Assembly: GCA_013374835.1 (NCBI GenBank)
Contig: CP055307.1
Coordinates: 279,315-343,314 of the forward strand
DNA: 64,000 bases
Origin: Candidatus Woesebacteria bacterium
GTDB lineage: Bacteria > Patescibacteriota > Microgenomatia > UBA8517
Direction: 5' to 3'
In this document: positions 55,094-64,000 of the stretch, in pieces
Layout of the letters: every line of letters begins with the position of its first letter
Numbering within the stretch: position 1 is the first letter of the stretch
Program-made: the position numbers and the translations under genes
The notes under the pieces: model-generated
What the model was told of the DNA's origin: nothing
The model's input: only the letters and a program-made list of their open reading frames with translations
Database searches by the model: none

Positions 55094-55123
55094 CAAAGCT
55101 TGGTGGTATTGTAATAATACCCT

Positions 55124-55153
55124 TAATTTCCGCAAAAAGCGGAAGTTATTTTT
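55124..55153 (+). terminator. Intrinsic terminator-like hairpin between fusA and tuf
   Basis: TAATTTCCGC-aaaaa-GCGGAAGTTA followed by TTTTT. Confidence 0.65.
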
Positions 55154-55205
55154 CGCCTAAAATTAGGGCTTGAAAAAGTTTGAAAGATATAATAAATTAA
55201 CTATC

Positions 55206-56405
55206 ATGGCATCAGATACAAAACAAAAGTTTGAAAGAAACAAACCGCATGTAAATGTTGGTACTATAGGTCATGTTGACCACGGTAAAACTACTTTAAC
55301 TGCTGCAATTACTAATGTTCTTTCAAAACAGCCCGGTAATAATACAAAGCCTTTTAAGTTTGAAGATATTGATAACGCTCCTGAGGAGAGAGAAAGAGGA
55401 GTAACAATAAATATATCTCATATTGAATACGAAACGGAAAAGAGACATTATGCTCATATCGATGCTCCTGGTCACGCCGATTATATTAAAAACATGATTA
55501 CGGGTGCGGCTCAGATGGATGGAGCTATTTTGGTTATATCTGCTGCGGATGGACCCATGCCTCAAACGAAGGAGCATGTTATTCTGGCAAGACAAGTTAA
55601 TGTTCCTGCTTTGATTGTGTTTCTAAACAAGGTTGATACTGTTGATGACCCTGAGATTATTGATTTAGTTGAAGATGACGTACGGGAGCTTCTTAAGAAA
55701 TACGAATATCCAGGTGATGAAGTTCCTGTTATTCGCGGATCTGCGCTAAAAGCTTATGAGGGTGACCCCGAGGCTGAAAAGCAAATTTTAGAGCTTATGA
55801 AGGTAGTTGATGAGTATATTCCCGAACCCAAGAGAGAGGTTGATAAGCCTTTTTTGATGCATGTTGAAGACGTATTTTCTATTAAAGGACGAGGAACAGT
55901 AGCTACGGGGCGTGTTGAAAGAGGAAAACTTACGGTTAATGAGGAAGTTGAGATTGTCGGTATAAGGGATACTCAAAAGACTGTCGTTACTGGACTTGAG
56001 ATGTTTAGGAAAACTTTGGATGAAACCCAAGCGGGAGACAATGTAGGGGTTTTACTAAGAGGAATTGAGAAAGATCAGATTGAGAGAGGTCAGGTAATTG
56101 CAAAACCTGGATCTGTAACTCCTCATACCGAGTTTGAGGCGGAAGTTTATATTTTATCCAAAGATGAGGGGGGAAGGCATACACCATTCTTTACTGGATA
56201 TAAGCCACAATTCTTTGTGAGAACGGCAGACGTTACTGGTGAAGTTAACCTCCCTGAAGGAATTGAGATGGTTATGCCGGGTGATAACGCTAAAATGAAG
56301 GTTAAGCTTATTACTCCGGTTGCAATGGAGGAGGGGCTAAGATTTGCGGTTCGTGAGGGTGGAAAGACGGTTGGTGCAGGAGTAATCACCAAAATAATAA
56401 AATAA
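55206..56405 (+). CDS. tuf: Elongation factor Tu
   Basis: [24 protein letters not shown] and GGRHTPFF. Start moved to MASDTK. Confidence 0.98.
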   Translation: MASDTKQKFERNKPHVNVGTIGHVDHGKTTLTAAITNVLSKQPGNNTKPFKFEDIDNAPEERERGVTINISHIEYETEKRHYAHIDAPGHADYIKNMITGAAQMDGAILVISAADGPMPQTKEHVILARQVNVPALIVFLNKVDTVDDPEIIDLVEDDVRELLKKYEYPGDEVPVIRGSALKAYEGDPEAEKQILELMKVVDEYIPEPKREVDKPFLMHVEDVFSIKGRGTVATGRVERGKLTVNEEVEIVGIRDTQKTVVTGLEMFRKTLDETQAGDNVGVLLRGIEKDQIERGQVIAKPGSVTPHTEFEAEVYILSKDEGGRHTPFFTGYKPQFFVRTADVTGEVNLPEGIEMVMPGDNAKMKVKLITPVAMEEGLRFAVREGGKTVGAGVITKIIK

Positions 56406-56426
56406 AATCTTCGCACTTTAATTAAA

Positions 56427-56735
56427 ATGGCTATAGGACGTATTAGGGTGAAACTTAAGAGTTATGATCATCGATTAATTGATGAAGCTGCTTCTAGGAT
56501 ATTGGATACGGCCATGGCAAGTGGGGCAAAGATAGCAGGCCCTACGCCGCTTCCTACAAAAAGAACTATTATACCTGTTCTTGAATCTCCATTTAAGCAT
56601 AAAGACGCACAGGAGCATTTTGAAATTTTGGTTCATAAAAGGCTTATTGATATTCTTGAACCTACAGAAAGAACTATCGATTCTTTGTCTAATTTAGATC
56701 TTCCAGCGGGAGTTTCCGTTGAGATTAAGATGTAA
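56427..56735 (+). CDS. rpsJ: 30S ribosomal protein S10
   Basis: IRVKLKSYDHRLID, GPTPLPT and HKRLIDI. Confidence 0.97.
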   Translation: MAIGRIRVKLKSYDHRLIDEAASRILDTAMASGAKIAGPTPLPTKRTIIPVLESPFKHKDAQEHFEILVHKRLIDILEPTERTIDSLSNLDLPAGVSVEIKM

Positions 56736-57283
56736 TGAGGAGTTTTGTCTCAAGAGGTGGAGAAAAGCTTCAAGCGGCTTTGGAAGCTTTTAATATCAAT
56801 CCTGATGGTTTAATAGCTGCTGATTTTGGTGCTTCGACTGGTGGGTTTACAGATTGCCTTTTGCAAAATGGCGTTTTACGAGTATATGCGGTTGATACTT
56901 CTTATGGTGAGCTTCACTGGAAGCTTAGAAATGATCCGCGAGTTGTTGTGAAGGAGAGGACTAATGCAATGCACGTAATTTTACCTGAAAAAGTAGATAT
57001 AATTGTGATTGATACCGGTTGGACTAGGCAAGAAAAAATTATTCCAAATGCTCTAAAGAATTTGAAAAAGAATGGGTTGATTATAACTTTGATTAAACCT
57101 TATTATGAAGCTAATCCCAGCTTGATTCGTAAAGGTAGGCTTTCTGATGAGAGCGTTGACCAAGTGCTTTCTGTTGTAAAACTCAAAGTTGAAATGCTTG
57201 GAATTTGTGTTTCTAAGATTATTGAATCTCCGATTACTGGAGGACGCGCTGGTAATCGGGAGTTTTTAGCTCTTCTTGCTTGA
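56735..57283 (+). CDS. tlyA: TlyA-family rRNA 2'-O-methyltransferase without the S4 domain
   Basis: VSRGGEKL, DFGASTGGFTDCLLQ, VYAVD, LRNDPRV..ERTN, LIKP..E and SPITG..GN.EFL. Confidence 0.9.
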   Translation: MRSFVSRGGEKLQAALEAFNINPDGLIAADFGASTGGFTDCLLQNGVLRVYAVDTSYGELHWKLRNDPRVVVKERTNAMHVILPEKVDIIVIDTGWTRQEKIIPNALKNLKKNGLIITLIKPYYEANPSLIRKGRLSDESVDQVLSVVKLKVEMLGICVSKIIESPITGGRAGNREFLALLA

Positions 57284-57304
57284 TTAACGGCTATTTGATA
57301 TAAT
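57276..57304 (+). promoter_or_regulatory. Promoter of the rplC operon
   Basis: TTGCTT, 17-nt spacer, TGaTATAAT. Confidence 0.75.
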
Positions 57305-57365
57305 CAGCCTCACATGGAGGTGGTATTGATATAGACCTCTAGAAACTGGTCGGAGAGCCGAGATT

Positions 57366-57387
57366 GGGCGCCTCTGGCGCTTTTTTT
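57366..57387 (+). terminator. Attenuator-like hairpin in the rplC leader
   Basis: GGGCGCC-tct-GGCGC followed by T7. Confidence 0.7.
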
Positions 57388-57399
57388 AATGTAAAAAGC

Positions 57400-58077
57400 A
57401 TGTTAAATACTATTTTGGGACAAAAAACAAAAATGTTACAGGTATTTGTTGAGAATGCTAGAGTTCCCGTGACTGTGGTGAAAGCAGGACCTTGTGTGGT
57501 TACGCAGATAAAAAACTTAAAGCGGGATGGTTATTGGGGTGTTCAGCTTGGTTTTGGTGAAAAGAAGGTAAAAAATATTACAAAACCAATGAAAGGGCAC
57601 TTAAAAGGCGTTTTTCAAGGCAAGAAAGCGCCTTCTTTTTTGGTGGAGATAAGAGTTGATGATGAGCCAGAATTTAAAGTTGGTGACAAGATAGAGTTAA
57701 ATCAAGTGCTTTCAGAGGGAGATTTGGTTTCCGTAACAGGCAAATCTAAAGGAAAAGGTTTTGCAGGAGTAGTAAAAAGATGGGGATTTGCGGGAGGTCC
57801 TAAAACTCACGGGCAGTCTGACAGACATCGTGCGCCGGGATCTATCGGACAGGGAACAGACCCGGGTCGTGTGAGAAAGGGCAAGAAAATGGCCGGAAGA
57901 ATGGGACAGGATAGGGTTACCGTTAAAAATCTGAGGGTTATTAAAATTGATTCTGAAAAGAGAGAGGTTTATTTATCAGGTTCTCTTCCCGGTTCAAAAA
58001 CGACTCCTTTAATAATTAAAAAGATTTCATCGGGTGGGGGTGTTCCCAAGAAAGGAGAGGAAAATGCCGAAAGTTGA
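57400..58077 (+). CDS. rplC: 50S ribosomal protein L3
   Basis: PVTVV, DGY.GVQLG, SKGKGFAGVVKRW and HRAPGSIG. Start moved to 57400. Confidence 0.97.
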   Translation: MLNTILGQKTKMLQVFVENARVPVTVVKAGPCVVTQIKNLKRDGYWGVQLGFGEKKVKNITKPMKGHLKGVFQGKKAPSFLVEIRVDDEPEFKVGDKIELNQVLSEGDLVSVTGKSKGKGFAGVVKRWGFAGGPKTHGQSDRHRAPGSIGQGTDPGRVRKGKKMAGRMGQDRVTVKNLRVIKIDSEKREVYLSGSLPGSKTTPLIIKKISSGGGVPKKGEENAES

Positions 58078-58696
58078 TAAATACACTGTTGGCGTAAAAG
58101 CAAAGTCAATAGGCGAGATCCCTTCGGACTTATTCGAAAAGGAAGAAAACGATTATTTAGTTGCTCAAGCTATGCGTATTTATATAAATAGGGCCTATAA
58201 AGCTTTGTCTAAAGTTAAAACAAGAGGTGAGGTATTACTGACTAAATCCAAGTGGTATAGACAGAAAGGGACTGGTAGAGCAAGACATGGGGCAAAATCA
58301 GCCCCTATATTTGTGGGCGGTGGTAAGGCGCACGGCCCGAGAGGTATTAAGAGAGAGCTTGAACTGCCATTGAAGATGAAGAGAAAAGCTCTTTCAATTG
58401 TTTTAAATAAGAAACTGAAAGATAAAAAAATATTTCTTATTGACGGAGTAGCAAAGATTAAAAAGACAAAGGAGACGTATGAGCTTGTTCGACGAATAGC
58501 GGGAGATAAAATGACAAGAACAACCGTAGTTTTATCGATGAAAAATAAGGATAAAGCAAAATTTTTTAGAAATATTGATAATTTATCTGTTTTGTTTTTT
58601 GAAAGTCTTAATGCATATAGTGTATTTTATGGCGGTTTGCTTTTGTTTGATGTCGATGTGTTTAAGGCAGTAAATAAGGAGGAAAAGAAGAAATGA
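58064..58696 (+). CDS. rplD: 50S ribosomal protein L4
   Basis: KTRGEV, RQKGTGRARHG and GGGKAHGP. Confidence 0.96.
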   Translation: MPKVDKYTVGVKAKSIGEIPSDLFEKEENDYLVAQAMRIYINRAYKALSKVKTRGEVLLTKSKWYRQKGTGRARHGAKSAPIFVGGGKAHGPRGIKRELELPLKMKRKALSIVLNKKLKDKKIFLIDGVAKIKKTKETYELVRRIAGDKMTRTTVVLSMKNKDKAKFFRNIDNLSVLFFESLNAYSVFYGGLLLFDVDVFKAVNKEEKKK

Positions 58697-58986
58697 TAAA
58701 AATAAAGCCGGTTTTAACAGAAAAGAGTATTGCTGATGCGAAGAACGGCAAATATACATTTTGGGTTCCCCGCGGTCTTAATAAGCCGAAGATAAAGAAA
58801 GTTATTGGGGAGATTTTTGGAGTTTCTGTTAAGACTGTTTCGGTAATGAATTATAAAAGTGTTGTTAAAACTAGTATATGGAGAAGGAGAAAGACGGTCC
58901 AACCCGCTAGAAAAAAAGCGGTTGTTGTGTTAAAGGGTAAGGACAAAATTGACCTTTTTGCAGGGGAGGAGAAGAAGAAAAAATGA
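58693..58986 (+). CDS. rplW: 50S ribosomal protein L23
   Basis: PVLTEKS, KYTF.V and KKAVVVL. Confidence 0.93.
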   Translation: MIKIKPVLTEKSIADAKNGKYTFWVPRGLNKPKIKKVIGEIFGVSVKTVSVMNYKSVVKTSIWRRRKTVQPARKKAVVVLKGKDKIDLFAGEEKKKK

Positions 58987-59735
58987 GTAAGTTGATTCAA
59001 ATTTTACCAAAAAAATCGGGGCGATCTCGTGGTAAAGTTACTGTAAGACATCAAGGCGGGAGACATAAAAGGTATTTGAGAAAAATAGATTTTAAACGTG
59101 ATAAGAAAGATGTTTGGGCTACTGTTGAACGCGTTGAATATGATCCAAACAGGAATGCGAATGTGGCCTTGCTTCTTTATAAGGACGGGGAGAGAAGATA
59201 TATAATTGCACCGGTTGGTTTAATTAAAGGACAGAGGGTGATTTCATCTGCTGAGGCTCCTATTGAAGTTGGTAATGCGTTGCCACTTTCGAAGATACCT
59301 GTGGGTACGAGCATACATAATATAGAAATAAGGCCTGGTAAGGGTGCTCAAATTGTAAAGAGTGCCGGTTCTTCGGCTGTAGTTCAAGGTAAGGAGAAAG
59401 ATTTTGTATTAGTTCGGCTTCCTTCAAGTGAGATAAGAAGATTTGATCCATTGTGTTATGCTACTATTGGACAAGTTGGTAATGCCGATTTCCGAAGTAT
59501 AAGAATCGCGAAAGCAGGTATAAAAAGAAGGCGTGGTATTAGACCTACGGTCAGGGGGACTGCACAGCACCCTGGTTCTCATCCGCATGGAGGAGGGGAA
59601 GGAAGAAGCGGAGTTGGTCTTAAATATCCCAAAACTCCTTACGGTAAGCCTGCTGTTGGAAGAACGCGAAAAAAGGGAAAATATTCGGATAGATTGATTG
59701 TTCAGAGGCGAAAGCCCGGGAAACATGGTAGTTAA
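58983..59735 (+). CDS. rplB: 50S ribosomal protein L2 (short N-terminus)
   Basis: HQGGRHKR, EYDPNR, RPTVRG and HPHGGGEG. Confidence 0.97.
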   Translation: MSKLIQILPKKSGRSRGKVTVRHQGGRHKRYLRKIDFKRDKKDVWATVERVEYDPNRNANVALLLYKDGERRYIIAPVGLIKGQRVISSAEAPIEVGNALPLSKIPVGTSIHNIEIRPGKGAQIVKSAGSSAVVQGKEKDFVLVRLPSSEIRRFDPLCYATIGQVGNADFRSIRIAKAGIKRRRGIRPTVRGTAQHPGSHPHGGGEGRSGVGLKYPKTPYGKPAVGRTRKKGKYSDRLIVQRRKPGKHGS

Positions 59736-59738
59736 AAA

Positions 59739-60020
59739 ATGAGTAGAAGCATTAAAAAAGGACCGTATGTAGATGAGAGAATATTAAAGAAGGTTGCCAG
59801 TGGAATGGGTGAAAAAGCAAGCCCCATAAAAACTTGGGCACGAAGTTCTCAGATAGCACCTGAATTTGTGGGTAAATACTTTAAGGTCCATAACGGCAGG
59901 GTGTTTATAGATGTTTTTGTGTCAGAAGATATGGTTGGCCATAGATTTGGTGAATTTGCGCCAACAAGAACTTTTAGAGGACATGGTCAAGTGGTTAAGA
60001 GGATTATAGAGAAAACTTAA
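59739..60020 (+). CDS. rpsS: 30S ribosomal protein S19
   Basis: RSIKKGP, VHNG and [13 protein letters not shown]. Confidence 0.97.
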   Translation: MSRSIKKGPYVDERILKKVASGMGEKASPIKTWARSSQIAPEFVGKYFKVHNGRVFIDVFVSEDMVGHRFGEFAPTRTFRGHGQVVKRIIEKT

Positions 60021-60021
60021 T

Positions 60022-60372
60022 ATGGAAGTCATTGCGAAAGAAAAATTTATTCGAATAGCACCGAGGAAGATAAGACTTGTTGCGGATGTTGTACGGGAGA
60101 TGACTCCCGTACAAGCTTTGGAGATGCTGCCTTTTTTGAGAAAGAGGGCAGCTAAGCCTTTATATAAGGCGATAAAAAGCGCGGTTGCAAATGCTAAAGT
60201 TAAGGGGCTTGAGGAGAAAGATTTGGTTTTTAAAGAGATAGAGATAAACGAGGGGCCGACGCTTAAGCGTGGCAGGGCTGTTTCAAGAGGGCAATGGCAT
60301 CCTATCTTAAAAAGGACAAGTCATATAAGAGTGGTTCTGAAAGGAGAGAAAAATAATGGGACAAAAAGTTAA
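60022..60372 (+). CDS. rplV: 50S ribosomal protein L22
   Basis: RIAPRKIRLVAD, SAVANA, EGPTLKR and KRTSHI. Confidence 0.97.
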   Translation: MEVIAKEKFIRIAPRKIRLVADVVREMTPVQALEMLPFLRKRAAKPLYKAIKSAVANAKVKGLEEKDLVFKEIEINEGPTLKRGRAVSRGQWHPILKRTSHIRVVLKGEKNNGTKS

Positions 60373-61012
60373 CCCAGTAGGTTTTAGGACAGGAAGATTT
60401 GTTAATTGGAAATCAAGATGGTTTTCGGATGATAAGCGATTTAAAGACTATTTGATAGAGGATGTTAAAATCCGCGTATTTTTAATGGAAAGACTCAAAA
60501 CTGCCGGTATAAGTAGAGTTGATATTGAAAGGTTGCCAAAAAGTATAGCTATTTCTCTTTCTGTTTCAAGACCCGGTGTAGTGATTGGAAGGGGTGGAAC
60601 GGGTATAGAAGATTTAAAGAAAAAAATAGTTGAAATAATAAAAAATGTTAGAGGAGAGTATCCAAAAGATTTAAGGGTAGATTTGCAGGTTATAGAGATT
60701 AAGAATCCGGAGCTGTCTGCTCATTTGGTTGCCGGAAGAATAGCGTCAGAGCTTGAAAGAAGGCTTCCCCACAGGAGGGTGGTTGCCAAAAGCATAGAGC
60801 GGGTTATGCAATCTGGAGCTTTGGGAGTAAAGATTGTACTTTCCGGAAGGATAGGGGGGGCTGAAATAGCGCGATCCGAGAAATATTATGAGGGTTCTAT
60901 GCCTACGCAAACTTTGAGAAAGAATGTTGATTATGCTCAAGTTCCGGCACTTTTGAAAAGAGGTTATGTTGGAGTGAAGGTCTGGATTTATAAATCCGAA
61001 GATAAGGAGTAA
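60356..61012 (+). CDS. rpsC: 30S ribosomal protein S3
   Basis: MGQKVNP.GFR, RPGVVIGRGG and SGRIGGAEIAR. Confidence 0.98.
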   Translation: MGQKVNPVGFRTGRFVNWKSRWFSDDKRFKDYLIEDVKIRVFLMERLKTAGISRVDIERLPKSIAISLSVSRPGVVIGRGGTGIEDLKKKIVEIIKNVRGEYPKDLRVDLQVIEIKNPELSAHLVAGRIASELERRLPHRRVVAKSIERVMQSGALGVKIVLSGRIGGAEIARSEKYYEGSMPTQTLRKNVDYAQVPALLKRGYVGVKVWIYKSEDKE

Positions 61013-61017
61013 ATAAA

Positions 61018-61437
61018 ATGTTGCAACCAAAAAGAAGAAAATACAGAAAAGATTTTAGAGGAAGAAGAAAGGGTCTTTCTCAAAGAGGAAGTAGTCTTAG
61101 TTTTGGTGAATTTGGCCTTAAGGCTATGGGACGGGGATGGCTTAAGTCTAAGCAGATCGAGGCGGGAAGGCGAGCAATAACAAATACTTTGAAAAGAAAA
61201 GGCAGGGTGTGGATTAGGGTATTTCCTGATAAGCCCATAACGTCTCGTCCAGCAGGACAAAGAATGGGTCAGGGAAAAGGCGATATTGATACTTATGTTG
61301 CCGTGATTAAGCCTGGGAGGATAATTTATGAGGTAACAGGGCCTAATGAAGAAGTTGTAAAAAGCGCGATTTCCAAAGCGGGAGACAAAATGCCTTTTAA
61401 AACAATGATTATTGCAAAAGAGGATAGACTTAGATGA
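61018..61437 (+). CDS. rplP: 50S ribosomal protein L16
   Basis: MLQPKR.KYRK, QIEAGR, WIRVFPDKP and RMGQGKG. Confidence 0.98.
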   Translation: MLQPKRRKYRKDFRGRRKGLSQRGSSLSFGEFGLKAMGRGWLKSKQIEAGRRAITNTLKRKGRVWIRVFPDKPITSRPAGQRMGQGKGDIDTYVAVIKPGRIIYEVTGPNEEVVKSAISKAGDKMPFKTMIIAKEDRLR

Positions 61438-61664
61438 AGAAAAGAGAACTTAGCGATATTAGAAAAAGCACGATTAAAGAGCTTAAAGAAAAAGTTTCTA
61501 AGCTTAAGAAGGATGTTTTGGAAAGAAGTATTAAAATATCATCCGGTGAGGAGAAAAATCTGAAATCGAAAAAAGCGCTCTCTTTAGATATTGCCCAAAT
61601 TATGACTATAATATCAGAAAAGCAAAGACAAAAAGAGGGTGAGAAAAAGAAAGGGGAAAAATGA
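61434..61664 (+). CDS. rpmC: 50S ribosomal protein L29
   Basis: Operon position and DIAQIMTII.E. Confidence 0.85.
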   Translation: MKKRELSDIRKSTIKELKEKVSKLKKDVLERSIKISSGEEKNLKSKKALSLDIAQIMTIISEKQRQKEGEKKKGEK

Positions 61665-61918
61665 AAATATTTACAGGTAAAGTTGTATCAACCAAGATGG
61701 CTAAGACTGCATGTGTAAGTGTAGATCGTGTGTTTGTGCATCCTGTTTATAAAAAAAGGTATAGAAGGATAAAAAAATATTTTGTACATGATGACATTGG
61801 GGTATCTGAGGGAGATATTGTTAATTTTTCTGACAGCAGACCTTATAGTAAAACAAAGAAATGGAAAATACTTGAGGTTGTTAGAAAGGATAAAAAAGAT
61901 GATACAGCTAAGAAGTAA
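61661..61918 (+). CDS. rpsQ: 30S ribosomal protein S17
   Basis: [17 protein letters not shown] and RPYSKTKKW. Confidence 0.96.
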   Translation: MKIFTGKVVSTKMAKTACVSVDRVFVHPVYKKRYRRIKKYFVHDDIGVSEGDIVNFSDSRPYSKTKKWKILEVVRKDKKDDTAKK

Positions 61919-62264
61919 TTTGAATCTAGCAGATAACTCTGGAGCTAAAATGCTTCATGTAATTGGGGTTTCTACAAAGATCGGTAAAAAGGCAACCATT
62001 GGTGATGTTGTGCGTTGTGTTGTAAAAAAGGCTGATCCTGCAGGTGTTGTTTCAAACCGTGAAATTGTGAATGCTGTGATTGTTCGAACAAAGAAAGAAG
62101 TAAGAAGAAAGGATGGAAGTTATATAAGGTTTGATGATAATGCTGCCGTAATTATTGACAAGCAAGGTCTTCCTCGAGGAACGCGAATCTTGGGGCCTAT
62201 TGCAAAGGAAGTAAGAGATGCTGGATATACAAAAATAGTTTCGTTAGCGAAGGAGGTAGTTTAA
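61899..62264 (+). CDS. rplN: 50S ribosomal protein L14
   Basis: MIQ...[16 protein letters not shown] and GTRILGP. Start moved to 61899. Confidence 0.97.
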   Translation: MIQLRSNLNLADNSGAKMLHVIGVSTKIGKKATIGDVVRCVVKKADPAGVVSNREIVNAVIVRTKKEVRRKDGSYIRFDDNAAVIIDKQGLPRGTRILGPIAKEVRDAGYTKIVSLAKEVV

Positions 62265-62265
62265 T

Positions 62266-62586
62266 ATGTTGAAGTATAAGACTGGAGATAAAGTGGTAGT
62301 AATTAGCGGAAAAGATAAGGGGCGTGAGGGTACTATTGAAAGAATTTATCCAAAAAAAGGAGTTGCTATTGTGAGTGGTGTAAATATTTACAAAAAACAT
62401 ATTAAGAAAGCTTTGGCAAGAGATGGAAAGGGAGGTATTTATGAGGTACCAAGACCTATTGATTTATCAAAGTTAATGATAATTGATCCCAAGATCGGTA
62501 AACCAACAAGGGTGGCTTTTAAAGTGGAGGGTGGAAAAAAACTGAGAGTTAGTAAAAAGTCTGGTGTGATTGTAGATAAAGAATAA
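62266..62586 (+). CDS. rplX: 50S ribosomal protein L24
   Basis: GDKVVVISGKDKG and GVNIYKKH. Confidence 0.96.
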   Translation: MLKYKTGDKVVVISGKDKGREGTIERIYPKKGVAIVSGVNIYKKHIKKALARDGKGGIYEVPRPIDLSKLMIIDPKIGKPTRVAFKVEGGKKLRVSKKSGVIVDKE

Positions 62587-62590
62587 AAAT

Positions 62591-63145
62591 ATGGAGCAAA
62601 ACAAATTAAATTTAAAAAATGTTTATGAAAGCGAAGTGCGTCCTAAGTTGATGGATGAGTTTGGAATTAAAAATAAAATGGCTACACCATATATTTCAAA
62701 AATAGTTGTAAATATGGGAACGGGTGAACTTTTAAAAAATAAGGAGGTTATGGATAAGCTTGTGAAAGATATTTCTTTGATGTGCGGGCAAAAACCACAC
62801 ATAAGACGAGCCCGGATATCGGTTGCTGGTTTTGGTATCAGGCAGGGGAATCCTGTTGGCTTGAGTGTTACTTTAAGAAAACAGAAGATGTATGATTTTT
62901 TGGCAAGGCTTATAACCATAGTTCTGCCAAGACTTAGGGATTTTAAGGGATTATCTAAAGGCAGTTTTGATGGAGATGGAAATTACACAATAGGACTTGA
63001 AGATTATTCTGTTTTCCCCGAGATTGGCATTGGGAGGACAGATAAAATGCAGGGGATAGAAATAACAGTTGTTATCAAGAATTCCAACAAGGAAAAGTCA
63101 GAGAGGATGCTTTCTTTAATAGGTATGCCTTTTGAAAAGGAGTAA
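62591..63145 (+). CDS. rplE: 50S ribosomal protein L5
   Basis: [20 protein letters not shown] and FDGDGNY. Confidence 0.97.
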   Translation: MEQNKLNLKNVYESEVRPKLMDEFGIKNKMATPYISKIVVNMGTGELLKNKEVMDKLVKDISLMCGQKPHIRRARISVAGFGIRQGNPVGLSVTLRKQKMYDFLARLITIVLPRLRDFKGLSKGSFDGDGNYTIGLEDYSVFPEIGIGRTDKMQGIEITVVIKNSNKEKSERMLSLIGMPFEKE

Positions 63146-63147
63146 AT

Positions 63148-63333
63148 ATGGCAAAGAAATCAAAAGTCGTAAGAGAGACAAAAAAATTAAAATATAAGAC
63201 AAGATATAGAAATAGATGTCGAAAATGTGGACGACCGCGCGGATATATGAGAAAATTTGGTCTTTGCAGGATCTGTTTTAGGGAGTTGGCACATAAGGGT
63301 GAAATTCCCGGTGTTAAGAAAGCGAGTTGGTAA
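63148..63333 (+). CDS. rpsN: 30S ribosomal protein S14 (short zinc-binding type)
   Basis: RCRKCGRPR...GLCRICFRE...PGVKKASW. Confidence 0.97.
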   Translation: MAKKSKVVRETKKLKYKTRYRNRCRKCGRPRGYMRKFGLCRICFRELAHKGEIPGVKKASW

Positions 63334-63334
63334 A

Positions 63335-63712
63335 ATGACAAATTATCCAATAGGAGATTTTTTGATAAGAATTAAAAATGCTGCAATGGCAGGCAATCGT
63401 GAGGTAGAAGTGAATGCGACCAATTTTATCGTGTCTGTTGCTGGCGTATTAAAAAAACTTGGATATTTAGAAAAGGTCGAGAAAAAGGATAATGTTTTAC
63501 GGGCGGTTCTTGCCTTTCATAAAAAGGAACCTGTGCTTATTAATCTTAAACTTGTTTCTAAGCCAGGCCTTCGGGTTTATATTAATTTGGATGAGCTCTC
63601 TAAGAGAAAGGGGGCGTCTTTTTTGATAATTAGTACGCCGAAAGGGGTAATGTCCTCAAAAGAGGCGTTAAAATCTGGGGTAGGAGGCGAAGTGATAGCA
63701 GAAGTTTGGTAA
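63335..63712 (+). CDS. rpsH: 30S ribosomal protein S8
   Basis: PIGDFLIRIKNA, SKPGLRVY, ISTPKGVM and GGEVI. Start moved to 63335. Confidence 0.97.
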   Translation: MTNYPIGDFLIRIKNAAMAGNREVEVNATNFIVSVAGVLKKLGYLEKVEKKDNVLRAVLAFHKKEPVLINLKLVSKPGLRVYINLDELSKRKGASFLIISTPKGVMSSKEALKSGVGGEVIAEVW

Positions 63713-63721
63713 ATTTAAAAA

Positions 63722-64000
63722 ATGGGAAGATTTGGTAGATTACCAGTTAAATTTGGAGAGAACGTTAAGGTCGATATTAAAGGCTCTGAGATCTTGATTA
63801 GTGGGCCGAGAGGGAGTATTGCCCGAAGTATTCCAAGTGGGGTTGAAGTAAAAATAATTGACAATAATTGTATAGTTGTTGAAAAGCGAAAGAAAGGTAA
63901 ATTTTTTGACGCGTTGCAAGGTACTGTGAAGGCTCATATAAGAAATATGGTTCATGGAGTAACTGAAGGGTGGAAAAAATCTTTAGAGGTCGTAGGTGCT
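63722..64000 (+). CDS. rplF: 50S ribosomal protein L6 (partial; absent from the ORF track)
   Basis: Hand translation: MGRFGRLPV...GPRG...GTVKAHIRNMVHGVTEGWKKSLEVVG. Confidence 0.93.
   Translation, partial: MGRFGRLPVKFGENVKVDIKGSEILISGPRGSIARSIPSGVEVKIIDNNCIVVEKRKKGKFFDALQGTVKAHIRNMVHGVTEGWKKSLEVVGA

Noticed and set aside
1-64000. Alternative genetic code (UGA = Gly) and strong G/T skew
   Set aside because: Conserved genes end at TGA and show no in-frame TGA, so code 11 applies. The skew is uniform and fits leading-strand bias, with no switch suggesting an origin or terminus.

Overview
Core-genome window of a small-genome bacterium, most consistent with Patescibacteria/CPR and probably Microgenomates. 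This is an inference from the compact gene packing, shortened IF2, AlaRS, MetRS, HrcA and L2, the absence of rimP and rbfA from their usual positions, the fused rpoBC and the use of code 11 (TGA = stop). From left to right: a partial GT2 gene and metG; rmuC plus a helicase-nuclease; two FemABX-like transferases; pcrA; an envelope/glycosylation cluster (LCP, three GT-C genes including a TMEM260-like gene and a GT-C/PMT fusion, an FN3 surface protein, pilO/pilN); rpsT and murJ; hrcA-grpE-dnaK-dnaJ with two CIRCE sites; nusA-infB-degenerate DHH; rpsO-pnp-protease-less Lon AAA+-rnj; ftsK-rodZ-like; alaS; an actin-like/baseplate-J-like membrane protein, sortase, yqgF and mltG; fused rpoBC; the str operon; and an S10/spc cluster interrupted by an S4-less tlyA. 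I saw no tRNA, rRNA, CRISPR array or mobile element. The most notable observations are an EF-G with altered G4/G5 nucleotide-specificity motifs, degenerate 7-bp tandem arrays inside genes, the Lon-derived ATPase between two RNases, the baseplate-J-like/sortase module, a candidate two-enzyme O-mannosylation locus, a divergent RNAP rifampicin pocket and active centre, frequent leaderless promoter architecture, and several structured leaders. All calls come from reading motifs by eye; no searches were run.
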